This document shows positions 1 through 10,707 of a stretch of 17,920 nt of DNA, piece after piece. The translations under genes were made by a program, and so were the position numbers. The DNA is from Octopus sinensis (Eukaryota). The notes beneath the pieces are model-generated. The model was not told where the DNA came from. It made no database searches and saw nothing but the letters and a program-made list of their open reading frames with translations. Position 1 is the first letter of the stretch, and every line of letters begins with the position of its first letter. The DNA is taken from positions 1-17,920 of the forward strand of contig NW_021824583.1 in NCBI RefSeq assembly GCF_006345805.1, given 5' to 3'.

Positions 1-8
1 AGTGTGGG

Positions 9-32
9 TATATATAAATATATCTATATATC

Positions 33-70
<38 letters not shown>

Positions 71-230
71 ATATATATATATATATATTTATATATTACA
101 TACATATCTATACATGATATATTATGTACATACAATCTGGGCACACATATATCCCTTTATATCTTTATATAGGTTCTTATACACATAGATAAAATGAAAT
201 GCAACCACACACACAACCACAAAGCACACA

Positions 231-261
<31 letters not shown>

Positions 262-280
262 CGTACACATGCACACACGT
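9..280. repeat. (TA)n followed by (CA)n-rich microsatellites
   Basis: Directly visible dinucleotide runs, about 9-130 (TA) and about 205-280 (CA). Confidence 0.9.
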
Positions 281-769
281 ATGTCCCTATCGCTATCTTG
301 GGAGATAAGGTAAATAGTACAGATGCAGAACACCTGAGGCCCGTGTCATTTCTGTTCTTTTAAATATATATGGCTTCACTCATTAATCTAATTGATAAGA
401 TGATCAGTAGGCGAAAGAAACACACGACATTAACGCGTCGTTCACTTGGCAGGCAGCCTGTCATGTTGCTATCCGGCTGTTGGTGATACCTCTATGTTTC
501 AGGTAAGATACCTTACTTTCTTTGACAGTAATGTGTCAAAATATGTTTTTAATCAATTTCACTTGATTTGGTAGATATATCAATGTGTCGGGCGGGACAG
601 CTTTAAATAAAGTCCTTCTGTACATTCATATATACTAATTATCGGACATATATTTAAGTTCATAATTTGCCCTCATTTATCAGTTGCCTAGTTTAGGATT
701 GCGCCAAAATATGACAGATGCTACGGTAGATGAAAAGCTTCAAAGACATGTTATATCTTTTATTGATTT

Positions 770-880
770 AGTTGTTTCAGTTATCAGACTGCGGCCATCC
801 TGGAGCAAATCCTTGAGGTGTTCAGTCGAACGATTCTAGCACAGTACTTAATTATGTTTTAAAGTATGGTACTTAAATAT
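770..880 (-). mobile_element. 3'-terminal fragment of a tRNA-derived SINE (same family as 12780-13028)
   Basis: Shares blocks cggcca..ctggagca, agtcgaac and cagta with 12800-12875 in the same order and spacing. Orientation is inferred from the 12780-13028 copy, which carries the tRNA-like head. Confidence 0.6.
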
Positions 881-885
881 TAGCT

Positions 886-1112
886 TCTTGTTTCTTTACT
901 GCCCACAAGGGGCTACAGACAGAGGGGACGAACAAGGACAGACAAACGGATTATATCGACCCCAGTGCGTAACGGGTACTTATTTAATCGACCTCGAAAG
1001 GATCAAAGGCAAAGTCGACCTCGGCAGAATTTGAACTCAGGACGTAGCGGCAGACAAAATACCGCTAAGCATTTCGCCCAGCGTGCTAATGTTTCTGCCA
1101 GCTCGCCGCCTT
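886..1112 (-). mobile_element. Full-length tRNA-derived SINE, family 1 (tail type 1)
   Basis: The reverse complement starts aaggcggcgagctggcagaaacattagc (A-box-like TGGC), contains B-box-like gagttcaaattc, and ends ...gccccttgtgggcagtaaagaaac. It aligns by eye along its length with the + strand copy at 10226-10455. Confidence 0.85.
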
Positions 1113-1189
1113 AATTATCAGCTTAATGGTACTTAAATATCAGCTCGTGCTAAAATTCCAGCTTACAGGAGGTTAAAAAAATCTCAATG

Positions 1190-1203
1190 TATGTGTGTGT
1201 GTG

Positions 1204-1234
<31 letters not shown>

Positions 1235-1325
1235 TAATATATATATATATATATAATACATGATATCGCGCGTGCACGCGCACACACGCATATTTTGTAT
1301 GTATGTATGTATATATATATATTAT

Positions 1326-1360
<35 letters not shown>
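1190..1360. repeat. (TG)n/(TA)n microsatellite with a short CG-rich alternating purine-pyrimidine insert
   Basis: Visible runs; tcgcgcgtgcacgcgcacacacgca lies at about 1266-1290. Confidence 0.85.
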
Positions 1361-1361
<1 letters not shown>

Positions 1362-1934
1362 TAAACAGTTTAGCGGTTATAATAACGACTAAGGGATAAA
1401 ATATCCGCATATATTATCTATATCCATTAATCGTGTTATCCTCGGGCAATGGTGTGCAGGCAAACTATATAGGTAGAGTGCAGGTATCAACAGGATAAAC
1501 TAGAGTTTATCAGTAACCAATGCAAATAATTAGAAAATGACCTACGCTGCTATGTATGTGAATGAAAGAAAATTCGAGGTTTATATTGATGGTGTATAAT
1601 TGACTAAACGATTCTTGGAGGCTGTGTTCAGTGTTGACGTCAACAAAAAATAGAACGTATTTGGCCAAGTGTTCGTTCCAGGGCTGATGTGTAGCAGGAC
1701 GGTATTGCTCTGTTTAAACATAGCAAATGACATCTGGACTCATATTGGTAACCTCGTCTGCGACTAGGAAAAAATGAAGTCAACGACTAAGGGAACGAAA
1801 TGTGAAGCGTAAACGTAAACACTAGAGCAGCGGCAGCAGCACCAGTCTTGGAACAAAAATTATTGCTTCCCCGAGGAAATGTGAAGACAGTTGTTGGAGA
1901 CAGTCTAGATGTAGCTGACATAATCATTTACCAA

Positions 1935-2960
1935 AGGTGATGAGGCAAAGGATGCAGTCGCTACTTATGCTGACCATGATGATGATGATGATGATGATGA
2001 TGACGGCGTTGATGGTGATGAGGATAATGCTGATAGAGATGAGCATGATGGTCATAACGATGAAGATGACGACGGCGACGACAATGACGACGTCGTCGAA
2101 GACAGCAATGACAGTACAAAGACAACGACTATGGTGGAGATAATTATAATGGTGGTGGTGGTGGTGGTGTTGATGATGATGGTGGTGATGGTGGTGATGG
2201 TGGTGGTGGTGTTGATAGAGGAGCCGGTTATGATGATGGTGGTGGTGGTGGTGATGGTTATCAGGCTTATTATCATGGTAGAAGTGTGGATGGTATAGTT
2301 GAGGGTGTGGTGTTGGCGATGTAAACGCTGATGCCTTGCTTCTGCTGCTGCTGCAGATGATGATGATGATGCTAACGATGCTGCTGATGATGATGATGAC
2401 GTTGACGGTGATGATGCTGTTGATGATGATGACGATGACGACGACAGCGATGATGATGATGGTGAAGATGATGATGATGATGATGATGACGGCGACGACG
2501 AAAAGAATGACATCTTTAGTCGAAGCTGATAATGACGATGATGCCAATAATCGTGATGATGACGTTAATGGTAAACACAACGAAGATAAAGTGGTGTCGG
2601 CAGTGGCTCGTAGTGGTCGTAATGGTGATGGTGGCGGTGGTAGTGGTGAAAACGGGAATGATTTTTTTGTTTGTTTCTTTTCTTTTTTTCTTTGTTATTT
2701 TCAAGTGTACAATAGCGACAGTGATGGTGTCCTTCCTGCAGAGTTTGTCTTGTAATTGTTGTTGTTGGCGGTAGTGATGGTGGTGGTAGTTGCGATGGTG
2801 GTGGTGATGGTGGTGGTGGTGGTGGTGGTGGCGATGGAGGTAGCGGAGCGAAGATGCTTGGAGGCGCGAATGTTACTGGTGATACTGTTTGCTATTACTA
2901 GCAATGGACGACCTGGTGTGGTGGTTGTGGTTGTGGTTGTGTGGTTGTGTGGTTGTGGCT
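1935..2960. repeat. About 1 kb compound degenerate trinucleotide array (GAT/GAC/GGT/GCT/GTT)
   Basis: Period-3 repeats throughout. This accounts for the poly-M, poly-V, poly-I, poly-H, poly-S and poly-T ORFs at 1924-3070. Confidence 0.9.
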
Positions 2961-3319
2961 GTGGCGCTGGTGATGTCGACGAAGATATATGTTTGTTCGC
3001 CCGAGTACGAATGACAAGGCGAGTTTGTTTACCTACCACGTGTAAAGATAATGCGTGGGTGACGTCATGATGGCATTGATCAAATTTAGAGCGTCGAATC
3101 GTTCCGTTGAACGGAAGTGGCAGACATTTTAAGACACACAGACACCAATGGTCTCGAAATTAGATTGCAAGCTCAAAAATTGTTCGCCGCCCGATATTCT
3201 CCTACATCGTTTTTCTCTATTCCTATCTATTTATATGTATCTTTATATCCCCAAGTTTCTTTCCTTTTTCAATTGGTCTCTCTTTCCTTTCTTTCTCATA
3301 AACGTGTTTACTCTATCTT

Positions 3320-3332
3320 ACACTATATATAC

Positions 3333-3377
<45 letters not shown>

Positions 3378-3718
3378 ACGTATATACACACATGTATAAA
3401 TTCATATGATATACATATATATACACATCTACGTATATACATAGAAATACATAGACACACACATATGAATATATATATATATATTTATATATACACATAC
3501 ACATATATGTTTACAGATATATACATACAATATATATATATATATATATATTAAATACACATATGCACACACATTCTCTTTGTGTTATATTTTGCGTCTT
3601 TATGACATGTACTCTTACCACGTTTCCCACTATCACGATAAAAATTATCGTATACATATATATGTTGACACGTATGTACATACATATGTGCCTATGTGAG
3701 TACGTATGCTTATACAAG

Positions 3719-3754
<36 letters not shown>

Positions 3755-4310
3755 ATATATATATAAACGAGAGACAGACAGAGACAGACAACAGCAGATA
3801 TATGAAATGACGATAATATATACACATAACTATATGCGCATATATGCACATAAATACATCATATATAAAACGCTATCTATGTCTACGAATTAATTATGTT
3901 GTATGTATATGAAGAATACATATATATGTGTGTGTTAATATATATATATATATATATATATACAGATATATATATATATATCATACATACATATATATAT
4001 AGATATATATATATAATATATATATATAATATGTAATGTATGCATTTCATATATGTGGTATGCGATATTTAATATATATACGTTGATATGTCTCTCTGTA
4101 TATCTATCTGTTTTATCCTATCTATTTTTCCATCTATCTATTAATCTATCTACCTGTCTATCTGTGTATCTATCTGTCTATCTGTCTATCTGTCTATCGT
4201 CTAGCTATCGTCTCTCACAATCTATCTATCTTCTATCTATCTATATATATATATATTATATTATATATAATATATATATATATTATATATATAGATATAT
4301 AGGTATATTG
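3320..4310. repeat. Mixed (TA)n/(TG)n/(TATC)n/(TGTC)n low-complexity region
   Basis: Directly visible; ORFs here are IYIY/CVCV/SIYL artefacts. Confidence 0.85.
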
Positions 4311-4499
4311 TTTACATATATGCATGCGTGTATACATCTTCATGCAAACACATTATCAGAAGGTGTCCAGAAACGCCCTTCTCACTACTCTCTGTTGACC
4401 AAACAATATGTCGTCCGTTCACTCGCAAATATTTGATCAATGTTAAGTTTTAATTTGTTGTCAAAATTAATTTCTTTTCATATGTTTGGCTTGCTTTAA

Positions 4500-4943
4500 A
4501 TTGCTTTACACTCACTTCCTCCAGACTCTCCTCTCCTGCCCTCTTCTCATTAATTTCTCTCCTTCGCTTTCACTTTCCTCATTTCCGTCATTTTATTTAT
4601 TCATCTCATTCATTACTCCCTCTTTCCTCTCATTCAGTCCCACCCACTCGTTCCATTCGTTCTTCATTTATTCATAGATTTTACTAGCTATTTCCTCTGT
4701 CTTGATTCTGGATCCCTGTTTTCTCCGTATTTCCCTCGTTCCATCTCTCACTCTCTCCAGTCCTTTCCAAAACTCACGCCTTGGTCCCATTATCTATGTG
4801 GGTGTCTGTATTTTCATCTGTCTGTCTGTCTGTCTGTTAGTCGATCTTTCTCTCTGTCAAGCTGTCATTCAGTCTGTATGAGTTTGTTTCATCTCTCTAT
4901 TTCAATTTCTTACTTTCTACCTGTCTGTGCTTGAAATATTTCT

Positions 4944-4975
<32 letters not shown>

Positions 4976-4980
4976 GCTCT
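4500..4980. repeat. Pyrimidine-rich low-complexity tract ending in (CT)n
   Basis: Strong C/T bias on the + strand; (CT)n at about 4945-4980. Confidence 0.7.
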
Positions 4981-5278
4981 GTATATATATATATATATTA
5001 TATATATATATATAGACGTATACACACACACATATATATACTTATAATGTATATATACATATAGACATATACACACAACATATAATACTTATATATGTAT
5101 GTATATATATATATATATATTAGATATATATAATATATATATGTATGTATATATTTATCTGTATGTCTGTTTGTCTATCTATTTATCTATCAAGCTAGCT
5201 AGCTAGCTAGCTAAGTGTGTGTGTGTATGCATATGTTTATCTGTCTGTCTGATTGTCTATCGATCTATCTATCTATCG

Positions 5279-5350
<72 letters not shown>

Positions 5351-5419
5351 GTCTCCCACTCTCTCTTTCTATATTTATATGTATATACATATATATATGT
5401 GTGTGTGTGTGTGTGTATG
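4981..5419. repeat. (TA)n, (CTAG)n, (TATC)n and (TG)n microsatellite block
   Basis: (CTAG)n at about 5194-5213; (TATC)n at about 5260-5350; (TG)n at about 5397-5416. Confidence 0.9.
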
Positions 5420-5680
5420 CATCATCACCATCATTATCTTCTTTATCATGACGATTCCTTGACTGTTCCAGGCAGTCGCTGGCTGGGGGACTCTAGGCGT
5501 TCTCGCAGTCAGCTGTTTCCACTAGTCTTTCTGCTGTCAAGCGTTCAAGGTTCGCAGTATTGTGACCTGTCCAGTCCTTGACGTTGTCAAACCAGATTTT
5601 TCCTCTCCCTACCTTTCTTATGGCATCCTTCAAATGTGCCTTGAAGAAGGGACACGAATTTGTGGCGAGATATGTAAACG
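5420..5680 (-). mobile_element. 5'-truncated, decayed 3' end of an RTE-clade LINE (ORF C-terminus plus (TGA)n-like tail)
   Basis: Minus-strand translation across two frameshifts (A-run at 5597-5601, and about 5522) gives YISRHKFVSLLQGTFEGCHKKGRERK/IWFDNVKDWTGHNTANLERLTAERL/WKQLTARTP. This fits the RTE C-terminal pattern H..RH.....ILQG..EG.R.RGR.RK.W.DN.K.WTG......L......R..W as I recall it. A degenerate atg/tga repeat tail follows at 5420-5450. Confidence 0.75.
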
Positions 5681-5699
5681 TAACATGCAATCTATTGTC

Positions 5700-6320
5700 T
5701 GTATACCTGTATGTATATATAGCAACAAACATACTCACAGAGATACACAAACACTTAGGAACACACGCAGATATAAACATCCATGCACACAATATCACAT
5801 ACACACATACACGCATGAATGCATGCACACACATACATACACATGTGCAAATATACACGCACGTACATACATAATCACGTACGCGCTGCCGCTCACACAT
5901 GCGCGCACGAATGCACAGATGTTATCATTTTATGTATAATCACATCGTTAAGAATTAATTTTTGCAAAGATAAGTTCCTTGGTTCGCTTCTATTGCACAG
6001 CATCTTGAAATATCGATTTAAAGTTTTTAATGAATTTTGTCTTGTTAGGAGAGAATCGAAGAAATTGCACCAGTAACTGAAATATCCAGATCAATCAAGT
6101 GTTGCATTTATGTTTAAAGTGTTATATGTTTGTGGAATACTCGGACACTTAGAATCCTAATTCATTGGAGAATCAAACAAATGGGTGCTTCTCCATTGAA
6201 ATGCACAGGTAGATCATACATAAATACATATGCATACATATACAATATATAATATAATATCGTAAATAATATATAATATATTACTATATATATATATATA
6301 TACATATACAATAAAATGCT

Positions 6321-6354
<34 letters not shown>

Positions 6355-6360
6355 TATATC

Positions 6361-6399
<39 letters not shown>

Positions 6400-6600
6400 A
6401 TGCATGTTTATATTCGCGTATATACATGTATATATATATATATATGAATATATATATACAGGCATGTATATATATATTGTGTGTGTGTATATATATAGAT
6501 ATATGTATTTGTATATATGTCATTCATATATATGTAAGCATATATGCATGCATAAATACATACATAATCAAACACACAATGCGTGTATATGTATACCTAT
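5700..6600. repeat. (CA)/(TA)/(TG)-rich low-complexity blocks (5700-5930 and 6215-6600) flanking about 280 bp of unique sequence
   Basis: Directly visible. Confidence 0.75.
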
Positions 6601-7193
6601 GTCTTAGTGTGAAGTAAAATAATTCTCTTTCTGGCAATACAAACCAGCCGACATGCATTATTTGATTATTTAAAGATTTATACTCCTATACTAATATACA
6701 TTAGTATATGATTACTAATATTTTCACTCATTCTTTTCTATCCAATCCATTTTCGCTTTCACCGTTTCCTATATTTATCCCTGTTACACCTTCCTTTAAT
6801 AACATCCATCTATTTTACCTCTCTCCGTCCCTACCTCCTTCTTCGCCTATCAACCTATGCCTCCCACTACCACTCCCATAGTTTTATCATTTCAATATGT
6901 TTTTATCCGCCATTTTCTTTATTCCTTTACTCCGCGCAGTCACTCACTCCCATACAAAATCTATCCTTCTCTCTTCGTTCTCCCGCTAGCACTTATTATA
7001 AATCTCTTCATCACCCTCTATCTAACCTTCTATTTCTCTCTCTCTCTGTCACCAACTCTATTTTCTTTATCCAATAAGGGTTTTATTAATAGTTCCCTTT
7101 GCGTATGCCTTATGTCGTCTCCTTATTTTATTTCCCATCTGCTCATGGGACATTTGTTTGTTATTTCATTAAGGATCTCTTATTGCTGCTGTT

Positions 7194-7194
<1 letters not shown>

Positions 7195-7244
<50 letters not shown>

Positions 7245-7273
7245 TATTATTATTATCATTATTAGTATTATTA

Positions 7274-7336
<63 letters not shown>

Positions 7337-7460
7337 TATTATTATTATATTATTATTATTTTATTATTATTATTATAATATTATTATTATTATTATCAAT
7401 ACTATCATTATTATTATTATTATCATTATTATCATTATTATTATTATAATTATTATTATT
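7195..7460. repeat. (ATT)n microsatellite, about 265 bp
   Basis: Directly visible; source of the poly-I/poly-Y/poly-L ORFs. Confidence 0.95.
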
Positions 7461-8204
7461 GTTATCCTCGTTTTGTCTTTTAGATATTGTTGACCTTCAC
7501 ACGTTTACCGTTCTAATGTACATAGTGTAACAATATTTTTTTTTAATTACACAATTACATGCTTTTAAACAAATAGCGGGTGAGGAAGTGAGATGACGCT
7601 ACGTTGATGAGGATGGTGGCACGGCCACGCTGAAATGCATACATCAACTGAGAGATAGACATACAAACAGACAGATAGACGGACACACTCGTACGAAGAC
7701 AAACATAGTGACAAGCGTTTTAACGAATATTGACTAATAAACGTAGAAGCGAGGTAACTTGACGGTGTTTAAGCAATTGCAATGCAACATAACCGAACTG
7801 GAAAATAAATTTTCCATCGGACACACCTCTTTTATTTTCACCCCTGGGAGACAGCCAAAGAAAGAGAGAAAAAGAAAGACAAAGAAGGAATAAATAAGAT
7901 GATGGAAAGAGAGGAAAAGGATATGAAGAGAAAGAGACAAACATTCGATAATAGAAATAAAATGATGTTTGCTTATTTGTGTGTCTATGTGTTTGTGTTA
8001 TCTTTCTAGATTGTAAGTTTAGACATTCAATAAATTGTCATTAAGAGACTGCTGTAGGCGACAGTCCGAGAGTCCACTTTGGAAGCTAAGGAAAGTGAAA
8101 GTAGAAATCTGAACGTCGTGTTTATCATATCGTCTCCTGTTTATTTTCCACTATGTATGTGTCTCCAATAACTGAAAGGAATTTTCTTGCTTCACATCAT
8201 GCCT

Positions 8205-8325
8205 GTATGCATGTATGAATGCATGCATGCACGCATGCATACATGCATGCACGCATGCATACATGCATGCATGTATGTATGTATGTATGTATGTATGTAT
8301 GTATGTATGTATGTATGTATGTATA
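8205..8325. repeat. (ATGC)n grading into (ATGT)n, with a tandem 20-mer gcatgcacgcatgcatacat x2
   Basis: Directly visible. Confidence 0.9.
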
Positions 8326-8330
8326 TATGC

Positions 8331-8639
8331 GTTGAGGCGCAATGGCCCAGGGTTTAGGGCAGCGGTTTCGCGGTCGTAGGATCGCGGTTTCGATTACCAG
8401 ACCGGGCGTTGTGAGTATTTATTGAGCGAAAACACCCAAAGCTCCACAGGTTCTGGCAGGGGCTGGTGGTTGTCCCTGTTGTACTCTTCTTTCGCCACAA
8501 CTTTCTCTCACTGTTTCTTCTGTTGGCCTGCTCACTTAGTCAGCGGGGTGGCGTCATTTTAAGGCTAAAACAATACGAAGCGCATTGTGACCAGCGATGT
8601 GTAGCAATACCTGATAGCCTGGTCGGTCACGTGACGTGA
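8331..8639 (+). mobile_element. Full-length tRNA-derived SINE, family 2, tail A
   Basis: Head gttgaggcgcaatggcccagggtttagg (A-box-like) and ggtttcgattacc (B-box-like, 8386-8398). A 13-bp TSD tatgtatatatgc lies at 8318-8330 and 8640-8652. The 5' ~180 bp is shared with 9049-9220 and 10001-10176(-). Confidence 0.9.
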
Positions 8640-8774
8640 TATGTATATATGCACTTATGCATCCATAAATGCATATATATATGTTTATTTACGTATGTAT
8701 GCATGTATGTATGTATGTATGGATGGATGGATGCATTGATGCTTTTACGTATGTTTGTTTATTTTTTTATACAC

Positions 8775-8900
8775 GTGAAGGCGCGTAGCCTAGTTTTCAG
8801 AATGCTGCATTGGCAATCGCAAGATCGCGTGTTCGATTCGTCGACTGAGCAGCGTGCTGTGTTCTTGAGCAAAACACTTCATTTGTCCACTAAGCGAGAG
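8775..8900 (+). mobile_element. Degenerate 5' part of a further tRNA-derived SINE
   Basis: gtgaaggcgcgtagcctag head, B-box-like gtgttcgattcg (8829-8840), then tgtgttcttgagcaaaacactt (8858-8879), which resembles the post-tRNA conserved block of many metazoan SINEs. Confidence 0.6.
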
Positions 8901-9048
8901 AAAACTCAATTTGTTCTAAAAATAAATTAGAAAAAATAAAATATACAAAAAAAATCTATAGCAGGGAAATCCGAAGATGCTCGCGGAAAGCATTTGAGAG
9001 ACATTGTTTTCGAGGAAGATACGCCCAGAAACGTCTACTGTGTAATGT

Positions 9049-9422
9049 GTGGAGGCGCAGTGGTTAGGGAAGCGGACTCGCGGTCGTAGGATCGCGGTTT
9101 CGATTCCCAAACCGGGCGTTGTGAGTGTTTATTGAGCGAAAACACCTAAAGCTCCACGAGCCTCCGGCAGGGATGGTGGTGATCCCTGCTGTACTCTTTC
9201 ACCACAACTTTCTCTCACTCTTACTTCCTGTTTCTGTTGTACCTGTATTTCAAAGGGCCGGCCTTGTCACTCTCTGTGTCACGCTGAATCACCCCGACAA
9301 CTACGTTAAGGGTACACGTGTCTGTGGAGTGCTCAGCCACTTACACGTTAATTTCACGAGCAGGCTGTTCCGTTGATCGGATCAACCGGAACCCTCGTCG
9401 TCGAAACCGATGGAGTGCTTCC
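9049..9422 (+). mobile_element. Full-length tRNA-derived SINE, family 2, tail B
   Basis: Starts gtggaggcgc and has B-box-like ggtttcgattccc. A 12-bp TSD actgtgtaatgt lies at 9037-9048 and 9423-9434. 3' stem-loop at 9367-9392. Confidence 0.9.
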
Positions 9423-9873
9423 ACTGTGTAATGTAGTAGAGGGTGTTGCTTACGTTGGTAAATTTTACATAACGGATTCTTCGCCTGAGTATGGATGGGT
9501 GTCTAAATTGTTAAAGTGTCCCAATACATTTTATCATGATTTTACGCCGTCTTCTTTACTAACTATGTAATCTTTTTTGTACGACGCAAGTGTTTTTACA
9601 ATTAGGCTCTTGCAGAGAATTACGAAATGGTAATGGTTTCTAACGCAAACACATTTGTTGAAGTTTGTGGTGAGGAAAAACAAAAGTGTTAATCAAACCC
9701 AGTTCTTGAATTGCGCTGAAAGGCACATTAGAATAAAGTCAAAGTTTTCCACAGTGAAATTCGAAATGGTGACGTAAATAATACTACACAAAACATCCTA
9801 TACGACACTCAAACTATTCTACCTAATGATAGAATGTACATCAGAAACAAGGGAAGAAGATTAGTTGATTACA

Positions 9874-10176
9874 CCTTTGTTCCTTCTCGAGCGACACCTG
9901 GCTCATAAGGGCCGGTTTCCTGGTTTCCTTGGCGTATAGGTTCCCCACCTGGACGAGACGCCGTTTCGTCGCAGGTGTGCTGCAAGATGCAGGAGTAAAG
10001 AGTGGGAGAAAGTCGTTGCGAAAGAGTCAGCAGAAGTTCGCCATTACCTTCTGCCGGAACTGCGTGGAGATTAGGTGTTTCGATCATAAATATACACATT
10101 GTCCGGTCTGAGATTGGAACTCGCAATCCCTCGACCGCAAGTCCACTGCTCTAAACACTAGGCCATGTACCTCCAC
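9874..10176 (-). mobile_element. Full-length tRNA-derived SINE, family 2, tail C
   Basis: The reverse complement starts gtggaggtacatggcctagtgtttagagcagtggacttgcggtcg and aligns to the heads at 8331 and 9049. An 11-bp TSD agttgattaca lies at 9863-9873 and 10177-10187. Confidence 0.9.
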
Positions 10177-10225
10177 AGTTGATTACATAGGCTTCAGTAA
10201 TTTGCCAGTACTATATTTTCTTAAC

Positions 10226-10637
10226 GCAAGCTAGTACAATCGTTAGCACACCGGGCGAAATGATTAGTGGTATTACGTCTGACATTACGCTCTGAGTTCA
10301 AATTCCACCGAGGTCGACTTTGCCTTTTAAATCCTTTCGGGGTCGATTAAATACGTAACAATTACGCTCTAGGGTCGATATTATCGACTTAATCCGTTTG
10401 TATGTCCTTGTTTGTCCCTTCTGTGTTTAGCCCCTTGTAGGTAGTAAAGAAATAGATATGACGTCTGCTATTACGCTCTGAGTTCAAATTCCTTCGAGGT
10501 CGACTTTTCCTTTCATCCTTTCGGAGTCGATTAAATAAGTACCAGTTACGCTGTAGGGTCAATGTAATCGACTTAATCCTGTTGTCTGTTTTTTTTTGCT
10601 CTCTCTATGTTTAGCCTCTGTGGCCAATAAAGAAACA
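10226..10637 (+). mobile_element. Family 1 SINE, tail type 1: one head plus two tandem body+tail units
   Basis: Unit 1 (10226-10455) and unit 2 (about 10456-10637) both contain ttacgctctgagttcaaattcc..gaggtcgacttt and end in a..aaagaaa. Both align with 886-1112(-). Confidence 0.85.
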
Positions 10638-10707
10638 TTTTATTAAAGAGGGAAAGATGAAATGGAAAACTTATCAACGAGTGCAATTACATTATGGACA
10701 AAGAAAT

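Noticed and set aside
453-508. Possible 50-nt exon ending at a canonical CAG|GTAAGA donor
   Set aside because: The acceptor is weak and the peptide is unrecognised; splice motifs alone are too common.
1494-1511. Near-palindrome gataaact-ag-agtttatc (a similar 7-bp one is at 3102-3116)
   Set aside because: Isolated 7-8 bp stems are expected by chance in 18 kb of AT-rich DNA.
1924-3070. Long ORFs including the 218-aa minus-strand ORF (poly-I/H/S/M/V/T)
   Set aside because: They are translations of trinucleotide repeats, open in several frames on both strands, with no domain signal.
6120-6215. ICLWNTRTL resembling the APE endonuclease start (WNVRTL), and a CAG|GTAGAT donor
   Set aside because: Downstream residues do not follow the endonuclease pattern, so this is likely chance.
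7720-7945. Minus-strand pyrimidine tract plus CAG acceptor opening into short ORFs
   Set aside because: The tract is part of a GA-rich low-complexity run; no recognisable peptide or good donor.
8331-8405. SINE heads as genuine tRNA genes (also 9049, 10176, 8775)
   Set aside because: No complete cloverleaf or acceptor stem, and they continue into SINE bodies bounded by TSDs.
9557-9635. TACTAAC branch point, several AGs and a GTAATG donor suggesting a micro-exon
   Set aside because: Three alternative acceptors and no homology; cannot be supported without RNA data.
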